A DNA stretch of 64,000 nucleotides. It comes from an uncultured cyanobacterium. Lineage in GTDB: Bacteria > Cyanobacteriota > Cyanobacteriia > PCC-9006 > JAAUQQ01. The position numbers and the translations under genes were made by a program. Of the stretch, positions 19,698-31,732 are shown in pieces. A model generated the notes under the pieces. The model saw only the letters and a program-made list of their open reading frames with translations. It was not told where the DNA came from and did no database searches. Location: NCBI GenBank assembly GCA_963718615.1, contig OY970368.1, positions 4,608,001 through 4,672,000 on the forward strand. The letters are read 5' to 3'. Every line of letters begins with the position of its first letter. The stretch's first letter is position 1.

Positions 19698-20396
19698 ATG
19701 TCTGCAACCCAGAACCAAACAACGAAGGAGGATATTCTGCAATATCTGCTCAAGCATGGGCAGGCACGGGCGCAGGTCCTTGCAGAAACCTTAGGCGTGA
19801 GTCCCCAGGCAATTCGGCGGCATCTGAAGGAGTTAGAGGCGGAGAACTTGATTTTACATCAGGCGGTCCCTGCGAAGATGGGTCGCCCCCAGCATGTCTA
19901 TGCCCTCAGTCGCGAGGGCAGAGCCCGCTTGCCGGATAACTACAATCAATTCGCGGTGTCCCTGCTGACGACCCTGGCGGAGACGGTGCCGCCGGACCAG
20001 TTCCGGGATATTCTCAAGAGCCAGTGGCAAAAAAAAGTTGAAGAATATCGCGATCGCATCGGTGAGGGCTCCTTGGGCGATCGCCTGACCAAGCTCACAG
20101 AACTTCGTCAGGCAGAGGGCTTTATGGCCGAGGTTCACCCCCTTGACTCTGAGGCGTTGCAGTTGATTACGGCCAATGGCCACGCGGATCCGAATGGGAC
20201 ACTCGGTCAGGGGCCAGGATTTGTCGTAACAGAATATAACTGTGCGATCGCGGAAGTCGCGGAATCTTTCCCCACGGTCTGTGGCCATGAGCTAGAACTA
20301 TTCACCGCGCTCTTTCCCGATTGCCAAGTGAAGCGAACCCATTGGATGATTCGCGGTCAACATTCCTGTGGTTATTTGATTCAGCAATATGATTAA
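19698..20396 (+). CDS. sufR: Fe-S cluster regulator SufR
   Basis: N-terminal HTH, GRPQHVY, C-X12-C-X13-C-X14-C pattern; divergent from suf operon. Confidence 0.95.
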   Translation: MSATQNQTTKEDILQYLLKHGQARAQVLAETLGVSPQAIRRHLKELEAENLILHQAVPAKMGRPQHVYALSREGRARLPDNYNQFAVSLLTTLAETVPPDQFRDILKSQWQKKVEEYRDRIGEGSLGDRLTKLTELRQAEGFMAEVHPLDSEALQLITANGHADPNGTLGQGPGFVVTEYNCAIAEVAESFPTVCGHELELFTALFPDCQVKRTHWMIRGQHSCGYLIQQYD

Positions 20397-20793
20397 TCCC
20401 GAACAGCTCTTGACACCGGAAGAATCGTCCCTCGTGGAGGGTGCTTTGATGACGACGAAGGAAAAGTTTTCAACGCGGGTGGCGATCTATGGGCTGCGGG
20501 TGCTGAAGCAAATTGGGGCGGAGCGGGGAATGGCTTTGGACGCGATCGGGGCTGCGGAGTTGAATCAGTTTTTGACAGAAGACGAGCAGGCCCAGCAGGC
20601 GGTAGCGCAAAACGGATTTGCGATCGATGAGTCGTTTAAGGGCTTTTGGGCTCAGATCATTCTTTCGTCGATTAAGCCGCTGCACCAGGTTGCAGCGGCC
20701 CAGGGTATAGGTCTGGGGGATCTAACGGTGGGACAGATTATTGCTGGGTTTGAGGCAAAGAGTAAGGCGTTGCATAACCCGGATGTGGGCTAA
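20389..20793 (+). CDS. Conserved cyanobacterial hypothetical protein
   Basis: Overlaps sufR end; core-like composition. Confidence 0.7.
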   Translation: MINPEQLLTPEESSLVEGALMTTKEKFSTRVAIYGLRVLKQIGAERGMALDAIGAAELNQFLTEDEQAQQAVAQNGFAIDESFKGFWAQIILSSIKPLHQVAAAQGIGLGDLTVGQIIAGFEAKSKALHNPDVG

Positions 20794-20925
20794 TCGCCGC
20801 GAAGCTTGCGATCCTTGCGATCAAAGAAGCTTGCGATAAAATTTGTCACCGATTAATTTGTTACCGCTCCGTCACCGTACATACTGGTCAAGAAGCCATG
20901 GCGCAGAAGTGCGCGGGAGAAGGAG

Positions 20926-22449
20926 ATGACAGCAGCGGCCACGAGTCAATCGGCAAGCTACATCATGGCACTCGACCTCGGCACCACCGGCAACCGTGCC
21001 ATTCTCTTCGATCGCCAAGGTCAAGTTGTCGGCCAAGCCTACCGGGAACTAACGCAACATTATCCTGAACCGGGCTGGTTAGAGCATGATGCTATGCAAA
21101 TTTGGCGGGATACGCGCTGGGCGATGGAAACGGTGGTCAAAACGGCCCAGATCAACCCGGCGGAGATTGCGGCCCTAGGGCTGACGGTCCAGCGGGAAAC
21201 CTGTTTGCTTTGGGATAAAACGACGGGGGAGCCCCTCCATCGGGCGATCGTCTGGCAGGATCGGCGGACGGCAGGATTTTGCGATCGCCTCCGCGCCGAG
21301 GGCCAAGCGAAGAAAATCTATGACAAAACGGGACTGATTCTCGATGCCTACTTCTCCGCCACGAAGCTGCACTGGTTGCTGGAGGAACTGGAGCGATCGG
21401 GGCCGGTGAATCTCACCCAGACCTTGGCCGGAACCATTGATGCCTGGGCTCTCTGGAACCTCACCGGAGGAAAAGTCCACGCCACGGACCACAGCAACGC
21501 GAGCCGTACGATGCTGATGAATTTGTCCACGCAAGCTTGGGATAGCGAACTTTTGGATTTGTTCGGCATTCCTGATGTGCTGATGCCGGAGGTCAAGCCC
21601 AGTTTGGGTTTGTTTGGCTATACGGATCCGAGCCTCTTAGGGGTGGAGATTCCGATTATGGCGGTGTTGGGAGATCAGCAGGCGGCGCTGTTTGCCCATG
21701 GGTGCGATCGCCCCGGTCTGCTCAAATGCACCTACGGCACGGGCAGCTTTCTGGTCGCCCACACGGGGCAGGAGATTGTGCGCAACAATCACGGCTTGCT
21801 CTCGACGATCGCCTGGACCGAAGCCCATACCTCTGAACCACCCACCGTTGGCTATGCACTAGAGGGTGCGATTTTTACGAGTGGGGCTTGTATCCAGTGG
21901 CTGCGGGATGGACTCAAGATCATTGATGCGGCAGGGGAAACAGAGGCGTTGGCACTACAGGTGCCGGATAGTAATGGCGTTTACTTTGTGCCGGCCTTGA
22001 GCGGTCTGGGTGCGCCCCACTGGGATATGACCGCGCGGGGCGCATTTCTGGGGCTGACGGCGGGGGTGCAGCGGCAGCATTTGGTGCGATCGGTATTGGA
22101 GGCGATCGCCTTTCAGGTTAAGGAAGGGGTAAATGCGGTGAATGCAGGCTGTGGAACACCTATCCATTGTCTTAAGGTAGACGGCGGCGGTTGTAGTAAC
22201 AATTTTCTCATGCAGTTCCAGGCAGATGCCCTAGGAATTCCGGTGGAGCGTCCCCAGGTTTTGGATGCAACAGCCCAGGGTGCAGCCTTTGGGGCGGGTT
22301 TAGCGATCGGATTTTGGCAGGATTATGGAGCGTTGATTAGCACCCGCCAAGTCGATCGGGTGTTTGAGCCCCAGGGAAAAAGCGATGAGATGAGTGCTAG
22401 ATTTGAGCAGTGGCAGAGCGCCGTGGAGCGGGTGAAGGATTGGGGGTAG
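20926..22449 (+). CDS. glpK: Glycerol kinase
   Basis: ALDLGTTG, AIVWQDRRT, TDHSNASRT, GDQQAALF, TYGTGSF. Confidence 0.96.
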   Translation: MTAAATSQSASYIMALDLGTTGNRAILFDRQGQVVGQAYRELTQHYPEPGWLEHDAMQIWRDTRWAMETVVKTAQINPAEIAALGLTVQRETCLLWDKTTGEPLHRAIVWQDRRTAGFCDRLRAEGQAKKIYDKTGLILDAYFSATKLHWLLEELERSGPVNLTQTLAGTIDAWALWNLTGGKVHATDHSNASRTMLMNLSTQAWDSELLDLFGIPDVLMPEVKPSLGLFGYTDPSLLGVEIPIMAVLGDQQAALFAHGCDRPGLLKCTYGTGSFLVAHTGQEIVRNNHGLLSTIAWTEAHTSEPPTVGYALEGAIFTSGACIQWLRDGLKIIDAAGETEALALQVPDSNGVYFVPALSGLGAPHWDMTARGAFLGLTAGVQRQHLVRSVLEAIAFQVKEGVNAVNAGCGTPIHCLKVDGGGCSNNFLMQFQADALGIPVERPQVLDATAQGAAFGAGLAIGFWQDYGALISTRQVDRVFEPQGKSDEMSARFEQWQSAVERVKDWG

Positions 22450-22500
22450 AAGGCGTAAAAATTTCGAAGGGGTACAAAAGCAGAAAAGCAGACAAAAACA

Positions 22501-22525
22501 AGGGACATGGCATTGCCATGTCCCT
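22501..22525. terminator. Hairpin between convergent glpK and rplL
   Basis: agggacatggc-att-gccatgtccct perfect stem. Confidence 0.6.
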
Positions 22526-22561
22526 ACGTTTAATCCGTAACAGATTATTACTTGAGAATGA

Positions 22562-22945
22562 TTACTTGAGGGCGACCTTACCGCCAGCTTCCTCAAGCTG
22601 CTTCTTCATCTCTTCGGCAGCATCCTTGGCAGCGGCTTCCTTGATTGCAATTGGTGTGCCTTCAACCATGGCCTTCGCTTCCTTCAGACCCAGGCCCGTG
22701 ATGGTGCGAACTACCTTGAGGACAGCGATCTTCTTGTCGGCGGGAACGTCTTCGAGAACAACGTCAAATTCAGTCTTCTCTTCAACTTCTTCCGCAGCAG
22801 CCGCAGCCGGAGCCATCATCATCATGCCGCCGCCCGTTGCAGCTGCACTAACACCGAAGGTTTCTTCGATTTCTTTAACCAATTCAGACGCTTCGAGAAG
22901 CGTTAGACCTTTGAGCTTTTCTACGATTTCAGAAACTGCAGACAT
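22562..22945 (-). CDS. rplL: 50S ribosomal protein L7/L12
   Basis: [19 protein letters not shown]. Confidence 0.98.
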   Translation of the reverse strand: MSAVSEIVEKLKGLTLLEASELVKEIEETFGVSAAATGGGMMMMAPAAAAAEEVEEKTEFDVVLEDVPADKKIAVLKVVRTITGLGLKEAKAMVEGTPIAIKEAAAKDAAEEMKKQLEEAGGKVALK

Positions 22946-22999
22946 GGGGAGTTCTCCTAATTAAATACAAATCCAACTTGCACGGAACTTACAGCCGCT

Positions 23000-23530
23000 T
23001 TAGGCCGCATCTTCCTTCTCGGACATCGCCTTGATAGCGCGGGCCAAACCAGTGGGCACTTCGTTGATGCCAACCGCCAGTTTGGTGGCCACACCATTGA
23101 TTGCGCCTGCAATTTGTGCCATGAGTTCTTCCTTAGAAGGTAGGTCACCAATCGCCTTGATTTGATCAAGGTTCATGACTCTCCCTTCAAAAACACCCCC
23201 GCGAAGTTCGGTTTTTTTGGTGTCCTTTTGGAACTTTTGGTAAGCCTTAATGGCACCACCTAAGTCTTCCTTGAGCAGCAGGAATGCATTGCTTCCCTTG
23301 AGCAGATCGCTCATGCCTGACCAGTTGTCATCACCGGTAATGGCCTTCTCCATGAAGGTGTTTTTGGTGACTTTGCAAACCGCGCCGGATTCTCGCAGGC
23401 GGTTCCGTAGGTCAGTAATCTCAGCAACGGTCAGCCCTTGGTAATCCATGACGATCGCCATTTGGGCTTCTGCTAGCTGAGACTTCAGGAGAGCAACCAC
23501 GTCCTCTTTATTGGCACGTGTTCTTCCCAT
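23000..23530 (-). CDS. rplJ: 50S ribosomal protein L10
   Basis: [20 protein letters not shown]; AGGAGG RBS. Confidence 0.97.
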   Translation of the reverse strand: MGRTRANKEDVVALLKSQLAEAQMAIVMDYQGLTVAEITDLRNRLRESGAVCKVTKNTFMEKAITGDDNWSGMSDLLKGSNAFLLLKEDLGGAIKAYQKFQKDTKKTELRGGVFEGRVMNLDQIKAIGDLPSKEELMAQIAGAINGVATKLAVGINEVPTGLARAIKAMSEKEDAA

Positions 23531-23609
23531 ATTTTGTCTCACCTCCTTACAGCGGGTTTGAAACGTGAACGGGGATGAATAACTCGACGAAACCTGTGGT
23601 CAAACCAAT

Positions 23610-23755
23610 CAATACAAAACCCCAGCCACAGCAGCCGGGGTTGAAGACCAAACGAAACGCAGTGCGTCAGCTCGGAAACTCTTCCTCGGCAGGATTTATG
23701 CTGAGACGATGGCTTAGGAAAGCGATCGCCCTGCCCCTGCTGTCTTGGGTTGAGG
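23610..23755 (-). promoter_or_regulatory. Ribosomal protein L10 leader RNA
   Basis: Minus strand CCAAGACAGCAGG...TAAATCCTGCCGAGG upstream of rplJ; boundaries approximate. Confidence 0.75.
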
Positions 23756-23896
23756 CTATGGAGTTGTAGCGTTTGGCTGATGCGTTAGGCGTTCCTCGGT
23801 GTTAATCAAAACCTGAGCCGGATACCTGAAAATGAATCCATGGATGAATCCATCTCATTATCCAACGGTTTCCCATCATACCGGAAAAAGCACCGG

Positions 23897-24613
23897 TTAG
23901 GCTGCTTCTTCGAGTTTCAGGTCACGCAACGTGCTGATATCCACTTCGATGGAGGGTCCCATGGTTGCGGAGACGTACATGCTGCGCCAGTAGCGGCCCT
24001 TCGCGCCAGAAGGACGGTTGCGATCGACACATTCCTGAAAGGCTTTCAGGTTAGCGAGCAAATCCTCAGGGCTAAAACCCGCTTTCCCAAAGGAAATATG
24101 GACGATCCCGGTTCGATCTGCCCGGAATTCGAGCTTACCCGCCTTGAATTCGCTAATGGCTTGAGCAAGGTCCGTGGTGACGCTGCCGCCCTTGGGCGAA
24201 GGCATCAACCCCCGAGGACCCAGGACACGGCCTAACCGTGCCACCTTGGGCATCATGTCCGGGGTGGCAATCAGGATGTCAAAATCCATCATGCCCTTGG
24301 CAATTTCGTCAATCAGTTCTTCGGAGCCGGCAATGTCAGCCCCAGCGTTGGTCGCTTCTGCAACCTTCTCACCCCGAGCAATGACGGCCACGCGAACGGT
24401 CTGGCCGGTGCCCTTGGGCAGTGCTACGGTGGTGCGGAGCTGTTGGTCGGTGTATTTGGGATCGATGCCGAGGCGAACATGGACCTCAGCGGATTCATTA
24501 AACTTGGCGGTAGCGGTCTCCTTAAGCAACCCCATGGCCTCTAGGGGCTCATAGGCCTTGGGCTCTACCTTGGCTTGCAGTTCGCGAACGCGACGGGAAG
24601 TTTTTCTAGTCAT
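23897..24613 (-). CDS. rplA: 50S ribosomal protein L1
   Basis: [19 protein letters not shown]. Confidence 0.98.
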   Translation of the reverse strand: MTRKTSRRVRELQAKVEPKAYEPLEAMGLLKETATAKFNESAEVHVRLGIDPKYTDQQLRTTVALPKGTGQTVRVAVIARGEKVAEATNAGADIAGSEELIDEIAKGMMDFDILIATPDMMPKVARLGRVLGPRGLMPSPKGGSVTTDLAQAISEFKAGKLEFRADRTGIVHISFGKAGFSPEDLLANLKAFQECVDRNRPSGAKGRYWRSMYVSATMGPSIEVDISTLRDLKLEEAA

Positions 24614-24690
24614 AAGGCGTTGGGGTAATAACGAGGAGTTTCTCTCCCCCGAATAACGACAGCTTGAACAAACGTGTGAACAAATGCAAT

Positions 24691-24743
24691 CTGAGAAACT
24701 GTAATCCCAGAGACTGTAATCCCAGAGACTGTAATCTCAGAGA
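24691..24743. repeat. 15-bp tandem repeat x3 in rplK-rplA spacer
   Basis: (gagactgtaatccca) units with minor variation. Confidence 0.8.
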
Positions 24744-24767
24744 AATCTCAAAAAAACCAGCTAAACC

Positions 24768-25193
24768 TTAGCCGGAGACGGTGACGCCCATATTCCGAGC
24801 CGTCCCTTCGACGATTTTCATCGCCGCTTCAATGTCGTTGGCATTGAGGTCGGGCATTTTGGTCTTAGCGATGTCCTCTAGCTGCGCACGGGTAATGGAG
24901 GCAACTTTATCCTTGGCGGGATGGGCGGACCCTTTTTCGATCCCAGCGGCTTTTTTAATCAAAACGGACGCGGGCGGGGTTTTTAGGATGAACGTAAAGC
25001 TGCGATCTTCAAAGACGGAGATCTCAACCGGAATGACCATACCCGCTTGGTCTGCGGTTCTGGCGTTATATTCCTTACAGAACATCATGATATTGACGCC
25101 GTGCTGACCCAAGGCGGGACCGACCGGCGGTGCTGGGTTCGCTTTCCCTGCGGGAAGCGCCAGCTTGATCATTGCAACTACCTTTTTAGCCAT
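24768..25193 (-). CDS. rplK: 50S ribosomal protein L11
   Basis: [18 protein letters not shown]. Confidence 0.98.
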   Translation of the reverse strand: MAKKVVAMIKLALPAGKANPAPPVGPALGQHGVNIMMFCKEYNARTADQAGMVIPVEISVFEDRSFTFILKTPPASVLIKKAAGIEKGSAHPAKDKVASITRAQLEDIAKTKMPDLNANDIEAAMKIVEGTARNMGVTVSG

Positions 25194-25284
25194 CTGACTT
25201 GTTACTCAGTAGATCAAGTAAAAGTGCCAGGAAACCTTCGTTCCCCAGCGTTTTGAAGTAGACAAATGCTACCCCAAACCTGTA

Positions 25285-25938
25285 TTAGCCCTGCTTTTCG
25301 ACTTGGTTGAATTCCAGCTCCACTGGAGTACCCCGACCAAAAATCGAGAGGAGGGCACGAAGCTTGCTGCGCTCAGGGCTGACTTCAACGACTTCGCCTT
25401 CGAAATCCTTGAAGGGACCGCTGAGGACTAGGATGCGATCGCCTTCCGCTAGATCCACCTTGACGACGGGCTTCTGCTCTTCGGCGCGCTTAAAGATCCG
25501 CTGAACCTCACCGGGGCTGAGGGGCATGGGCTTGACGTGACCGCGACCACGACCATAGCGTCGTTTTTGCTCAGCACCCACAAAGTTGATGACGTTGGGG
25601 GTGTTTTTCACCACCTGCCAGGTGTCATCGTCCATGACCATGCGGATGAGCACATAGCCGGGAAAGATTTTCTCTTCCGCTGTGGTGCGGGAGCCGTCTT
25701 TTTTCAGCTTGACCATGGGCGTTTCGGGAATCTCAACCTGAACGATGCGGGAGGCCACGTCCAAGGTTTGTAGCCGTTGCTCTAGGTTGATTTTGACCCG
25801 TTTCTCACAGCCCGAGGCCACTTGGACCGCGTACCAACGGGCTTTTTTGGCGATCGCCTCAGGAGAAGGTTCGCCTTCACCCTCCGCATCTATCGCCTCT
25901 AGCGCTTCATTCTGGTCTTCGTCGTACAGTTCACTCAC
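25285..25938 (-). CDS. nusG: Transcription factor NusG
   Basis: WYAVQVASGCEKRV, FPGYVL, KOW motif GPFKDFEG. Confidence 0.97.
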   Translation of the reverse strand: MSELYDEDQNEALEAIDAEGEGEPSPEAIAKKARWYAVQVASGCEKRVKINLEQRLQTLDVASRIVQVEIPETPMVKLKKDGSRTTAEEKIFPGYVLIRMVMDDDTWQVVKNTPNVINFVGAEQKRRYGRGRGHVKPMPLSPGEVQRIFKRAEEQKPVVKVDLAEGDRILVLSGPFKDFEGEVVEVSPERSKLRALLSIFGRGTPVELEFNQVEKQG

Positions 25939-25943
25939 GGCGC

Positions 25944-26249
25944 TTATCCAAATACCTGTTTCGAGACCCAGCTCAGAAGGTTATCCACGAGATAGATGAC
26001 CGTTGCGGATAGGCTAACCATCAGAATTACGGCTGCGGACTCACTAATGAGCTGCTGACGACTGGGCCAGACGACTTTGCCTAGCTCTTCTTTGGTGCCC
26101 TGGAGAAAATTCACCAAGTTAAAGCTTTCGCTTTCCTGGCCTTTGGCAGCCGCTTTGGGAGCCTTGTTGGCTTTGCCAGTATCGGCGGCGGGCTGGTTTG
26201 CGTTTGCTCCTTTTTTGTCCTTTGGCGCTGCTGCCTCTTTTTTGGCCAC
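25944..26249 (-). CDS. secE: Preprotein translocase SecE
   Basis: ELGKVVWPSRQQL; GTG start after AGGGGGAGG. Confidence 0.92.
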   Translation of the reverse strand: MAKKEAAAPKDKKGANANQPAADTGKANKAPKAAAKGQESESFNLVNFLQGTKEELGKVVWPSRQQLISESAAVILMVSLSATVIYLVDNLLSWVSKQVFG

Positions 26250-26373
26250 GGCCTCCCCCTTGGTTTCAAAGCGGCGGTTCGTAACCGCTGGTCTCTGTTT
26301 ATATAGTGTGGGTTTTGACGAGGCTGCGCAAGCACAGTGCGTCACAATCCACGAGGATCTAGCATAGCGGACT

Positions 26374-26646
26374 TTGGTTGGTTTGCGTAGTCCTTGCAAC
26401 GAAAGTTCTGGGGGCGGTGGTGGTTATGTCAAAATAGAGAAGCATCCATATCGGCGAATCGAGACGCTGGAAGAATATGTTTTGATTGATCCCGATCGAA
26501 TTTCAGTGGAGCACTATCGGCGCAATGAGCGGGGAAACTGGGAATTGGTGGGAGAATTGGCAGATCAGGAGGCCGTTATGCAGTTGGAGTTGGTGGGATT
26601 GGCGGTGCCGGTAGAGCTGTTGTATGACGAGATTGAATTTCCGTAA
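26374..26646 (+). pseudogene. Uma2-family endonuclease C-terminal fragment
   Basis: YRRIETLEEYVLIDPDRISVEHYRR. Confidence 0.7.
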
Positions 26647-26708
26647 GATAATTCCGCAGCGTTAAAGCTTTATCATTATCCGAAGAGGCCACCGGATTTA
26701 GAACCTGG

Positions 26709-27146
26709 GTGAATGCCCAAAAGGGCGAAGCGGCGGTGACGAATCCCTTGGATGGTGAATTACCTGAGGCGTTTTCAGTCATGGGCGATCGCCTCAATAC
26801 CCTTCACATCCAATCTCGTTCCAATCTAGGTTCCGTCTCTTTGGAGGACAGTAAGGATCAAATTCGCAGTGAATTGTCTTCACAACTTCAGCAATTGACG
26901 CGGGTGACTCAGCAATTACATCAGCATTTTGTGGCGAGACAACGTGCGATGGGCGATCAACGGCGCTATGGCATTGATCTCGAATACAAGCTAATGCAAG
27001 CAGGCGGAAATGCGATCGCGCTCTATGTGAAGCAAAGTAGATTATTGAATCTCGATCTTAAGCTCAATGTTGTTGTTGCTTCCCGCTCTTGTCCTGGATT
27101 TACAGGGATGGTGTATGTGTTTGGTAAACATTTCAATGTTTTCTAG
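26709..27146 (+). pseudogene. Probable fragment of PEP/pyruvate-binding-like protein
   Basis: AAVTNP, DLEYKL...LYVKQSR resemble the end of that domain; rest absent. Confidence 0.35.
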
Positions 27147-28517
27147 GTTTGGTATCAGAGCTAATTTACAAATAAAACCGTAAGAAGCCAAGATCCCTTG
27201 CTGTATAATGACTTAATCCTCTTAATAATTCAAGGCAACGGCACTGTTCGGTTAAGGAGTGAAGGTCAATTGTAGCGCTCATCTTCTAGATGGACAGTGT
27301 CGAGTGCGATAGCTCCTCGCCAAAGTGAGTGCTTTAATCCTTTAGAGAGCCTCAGCTAGGCCATAGGCTAAAATTCCTAACCCACCGGTAATAGTAGCTG
27401 CGATCGCATACTCTTTGTAGGATGCAGGATTCGTTGTGCGGCGTTCCTTAAAAAATAACCGCTCCCACGTAACCGCTAGCTTAGGATAAAGCAGCAAGAC
27501 TAACCCATTTCCTAACAAAAACGGTGCAAGCGCACGTAGCCCTGTTGCATTAGCCTGAAGCAGAGTTTGTAACATTTCATTAGGGCTAAAGAAAATTGCC
27601 ATAGCTGCGATCGTACGAACATTTAAGAACATCAGCTTCGCAATATAAGTCAGAGGAAATAACAGTAGCAATACCAACAGCGGCTTTGGAGTCCTTCCGC
27701 GCCGAGCCATCCATTGGCGCAGCTTGGTCGGTGGATGCGATAGCCGAGAGGTTAACCAGGTCCAGCGGGAGATAGATGGCGAAACCAGGGCGAGACCCCG
27801 TAACAAGGGTTCAGATGACTGTTGTTCGGCAACCACAAATTGGTCAGCATTAAACTCAGCACACCAGGTTGCCATCAACGGTGTCGCAATCACAACTGGT
27901 GTTAAGATCAGCAACGCAATAATAATAGAAATGCTACCAGGCAGCTCCACAGTAAAGAAGTTTTTCATCTGAAGAAAAAGCCAACCTAGAAACCAATTTG
28001 ATTGACTAGTAAAATCAACAGAATCAATGCCTAACTCTCTCAGTTGTGCGTTAATATCCTCGGCTTGGCGATTTACCTCATTCCACTGCTGTGCTATCTG
28101 CCAATGCTCCTGAAAAGAGTCAATTGACATTCCCACATAGACCACAACTGAAGGAACAATAAAAAACAGTACCAAAAACGGTAGCCAGGAATTTAATAGA
28201 GTCTCAAAGAAACTCCCAGCCCCAACCATCAAAACATCGCCATGGCGGCAATGCCCCAACTCATGGAGTAAGACAGCTCTTCCAGCTTCTCGATCTGAGC
28301 GCCATAGCTTAACCAGGCCCCCAAAAATAGCGATTGCTGATTGTCGATAACCCGTTGCATAGGTAAATGCAACCTGATCTGCGCGCTTTAAATTCACTTT
28401 GACTTCAACACCTGGTGCATATTCCTTCACGGTCTCTATTATTTCTTTTAGAGCCGGTGTAGCAGTCGAAGGCAGAGCAAGATTATACCGATGCTCGACA
28501 TGACGCTTGCGAAGGTG

Positions 28518-29806
28518 TGAGGTGGACCCAATCGACTGAACAGATTTAACAGGAGACTAAGCTCTGAATTCTCCCCGGATTGGACCTCTATTCAGCGACT
28601 GCTCTCAGCTGCACCGTCAAAGTAAATCTCATCCGGTGTTTTGTAATCCAACGACTGATGCAATCTCAACTGATTATACCAGCTAAACCATTTCTTCACC
28701 TCCTGATTTAAGTGATTCCCATCCTCAAAACTCTTCAGATAAATCAGCTCGTACTTCAGCGATCGCCACAGCCTTTCAATGAAGATGTTGTCATGACACC
28801 TTCCCCGTCCATCCATGCTCACCTGGGCTCCGGCTGTTCTCAACCTCTCGGTAAACACCTTCGCCGTGAACTGAGACCCCTGATCTGAATTGAAGATATC
28901 AGGACATCCATATTCCTCCAACGCTTCCTCCAATGCATCCAAACAGAACTGCACATCCATCGTGTTCGAGATTCGCCAGCTCAGCACCTTACGGCTGTAC
29001 CAGTCCATAATCGCCACCAGATAGAAATGCCCCTTCAGCACCGGCAGATAGGTGATGTCCGTGCTCCAGACCTGGTTTACCTTATCAATCGCCACACCCC
29101 TCAGCAGATAGGGATATATCTTGTGCTCCGGGTTTGCCACAGTCAGCTTCGGCTTCGGATACAGCGTTTGTAGACCCAGCTTTCGCATCAACCGCTGCAC
29201 TCGCTTGCGATTCACATCATGACCCTCTCTCTTCAACTGAGCCGTCATCCGACGAGAGCCATAGAACGGCATCTCCAGATACAGCTCATCCAAGCGACGC
29301 AGCAGTTCTAGCTCAGAGTCACTCACTGCTTTGGCACGGTAGTACAAGCTCGAACGGCTGATGCCCAGTAGCTGACATTGACGCACCAGGCTCAACTCCT
29401 CGTGCTCTCGCTCTACCAGGGCTTTTCGCTGCTCAACCCCAGTTTGGCTGAGCACTCCGCTAAAAAATCCCGTTCCACCTTCAGCTTGCCGATTTGCCGA
29501 TACAGCTCGTTGATTTCTGCCTGTTTATTCGCTTCCTCCTTTCCTCTATCAGATGTCTGGCCTGAATCAAAGACGCTGCTTGCCCCTTCCAAGAGCTGCC
29601 TCTTCCACTGATGGATCAGCGTTGGATGCACATTGTGTTGGCTCGCCAGTTCCGGCACCGTCTTTGCCCCTTGCAAGGCTTCCAAGGCGATTCTCGATTT
29701 GAACTGGGCGCTGTACTGTCGGCGTTTCTTGCTCATCTTCTACTCCTATCATTTTTCGTGGAGTTTCAGAGCTTAACCCCCTGTCCAGTTTTTGGGGTCC
29801 ACTATA
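28518..29806 (-). mobile_element. IS3-family element copy 1 (1289 bp), 3-bp TSD GTG
   Basis: Imperfect TIRs tgaggtggaccc / ggggtccactata; orfA 29413..29736 and DDE orfB 28592..29455. Confidence 0.95.
28592..29736 (-). CDS. IS3 transposase OrfA/OrfB (overlapping frames, probable -1 frameshift)
   Basis: WSTDITY, NSDQGSQF, IERLWRSLKYE. Confidence 0.92.
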
Positions 29807-30114
29807 GTGAGGCATAAAGACATACACGACACCGATCAGCAACATAGCAATAGGCAAAAGCTCAGTAAACCCCGGCAACACTAACATAATGGCCGTATGC
29901 GGCCCCCCAATGCCTGCTGGTAAGGGTTGGGGCGACAGCATCGGTTGTATAGTCTCTTGCCAGTGATAGATCAAGACACTCGGCAGTATTAGCAAGTAGG
30001 TAACGAGCCAAAACCATAGCCAAGGAGGCAAGACGCCCGCTTGGTGTAGTTCTTTTAGCTGAGAGTCCTCATTTTTTGGAGCTGTATAATCTGAGGCGGC
30101 ATGATCTAATGTCA

Positions 30115-30678
30115 TTATTTACCTCCTTCCAGAGTTTTAATAAAAACAGTAGAGTTTTTAGGATTTTCCAGCAAAGCTCGAATCACTCGATAGGTAATCA
30201 AATCGCACTGATCTTCGGGCAAACCAGAAACCTGAAGCTCAGCTGAGACAGTTTGCATCACAATCTTGAGAGGCTGATATGGATTGTCAGGCAACGACTT
30301 TATTTTCTGAGATGCGCTAATCTTATTCCTCAAATCTAGAGTGCTATTAAGCAGCGAAACTAGGTCTGACACGTCGGTAGTCAGCAACTCATATAGAAAC
30401 GGTCCATTTTGAGCAATAGCCTTTAGAATCCACGGAAAAAGAGCAATCAACCCGCCAGACCCAAACCCGCCGACTACACTGCCTTGTTCTCGCTTAAAAA
30501 GCTCTTCCCGCTCCTTGCCGCCTTCCACAAATGCCTGCACCATAATTGGTGCCAGATCAACTTCATCAGGAACAGCATCTTCAGCCAGTTTTAAGGCAAT
30601 AGCCATCATTATCTCATCATTTTCTGTAGCACCCATAATTTCTATACCCTTAAAGAAAATGCTTGGAGATCTCATCAA
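30115..30678 (-). CDS. Hypothetical protein coupled to M48 gene
   Basis: TAATG overlap with the protease start; true start may be internal. Confidence 0.6.
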   Translation of the reverse strand: MMRSPSIFFKGIEIMGATENDEIMMAIALKLAEDAVPDEVDLAPIMVQAFVEGGKEREELFKREQGSVVGGFGSGGLIALFPWILKAIAQNGPFLYELLTTDVSDLVSLLNSTLDLRNKISASQKIKSLPDNPYQPLKIVMQTVSAELQVSGLPEDQCDLITYRVIRALLENPKNSTVFIKTLEGGK

Positions 30679-30983
30679 GCGAGGAAATACTTAATAGGAC
30701 CTCTAAGAACCCTAAAAACATTGATGCAGGCATCCAAGCAAAGAACATGAAACCCAACTCTATGTAAACAGGAGAATTGCTTGAGTAAATTCATGGAAAA
30801 CTACTCGCAGCCTAATGAGTAGTTTTTAAAGTGGCAAGTCTTTATAGCTATCACTGCTTTAGAGCATAGATCCTAAGGTCAGGCTAATCAAAATGAATTT
30901 AATGCTTTGACGTAAAATAGAACGTATCTTAACAAGTCTGCTCTAGTGGAGGAAGTGATAATTCATCAACTGATCTCCCGACT

Positions 30984-31721
30984 TCATCCCTTGCGCTGAC
31001 GGCTTCGAGCCGCATTGTATTCCTGATACCGAGCCTGTTTCCGCATCGATTTCAAATTGCCAACAGCAAGCTGACGCTGGAGATCGTCTAGCTGCGCTAA
31101 CTCTGCCTGAAGCGCAGGGGTTGCGGGAGCCGTTTTGAGTGCTTCACACACCTGAGTGAGGGTTTGCGACGCTGCGGCCACATTGCCTTGGTCTAGGGCG
31201 GCGATCGCCACCACTCTCGCCCTTGCCGCCTGTAAAATCCTCACCTGCTCCTCAACCGCTTTGTGCAATGGCAACTCATCTAGAGCCAAACCTAACATCA
31301 CTGGCAGTTGTATAGTGCGATAGAACGATTGCCGCCGGGCTGAATCTGGCGAATCCCAAGCCAGACGTACCGAACAGAGCACATCGCTAAGGGAAGATTG
31401 AGTCGCTTGGGGAGGAACCTGGAGTTGAAACACGACCTCAATTGGAGAACCACTCATCAGATTGGGCAACATCCAATTGCCCGCTGGAGTTTGGGACAGA
31501 TCGTTTAAGAGCTGATCGAGCTGACAATCGTTTTTAGGACGAATGCCTAAGCTAACTTGGCGACCGAGGGTGGCCATCAAACCCTGCAATTCAGAAGCAA
31601 AGAAATCCGGCAATTGCTGAGGTGATTCAATATGAAAAAAGTTGCCATCTCCCCGATTTGCCATCATCGCGAGCAAATCTTCATTGTAATCATCACCTAA
31701 CCCCATGGTGGTCGTACTCAC
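30984..31721 (-). pseudogene. C-terminal half of vWA-domain protein
   Basis: STTTMGLGDDYNEDLL..MA..GDGNFFHIE; MIDAS N-terminal half missing, abuts clpB stop. Confidence 0.7.
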
Positions 31722-31732
31722 TCCCCGCTGAT

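Larger units (their letters stand above)
27342..30115 (-). pseudogene. M48-like membrane zinc metalloprotease interrupted by IS3
   Basis: HELGH, EFNAD, SHPP motifs; removing the IS and one GTG joins VFMPH|LRKRHVEH...KEYAPG in frame. Confidence 0.85.
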
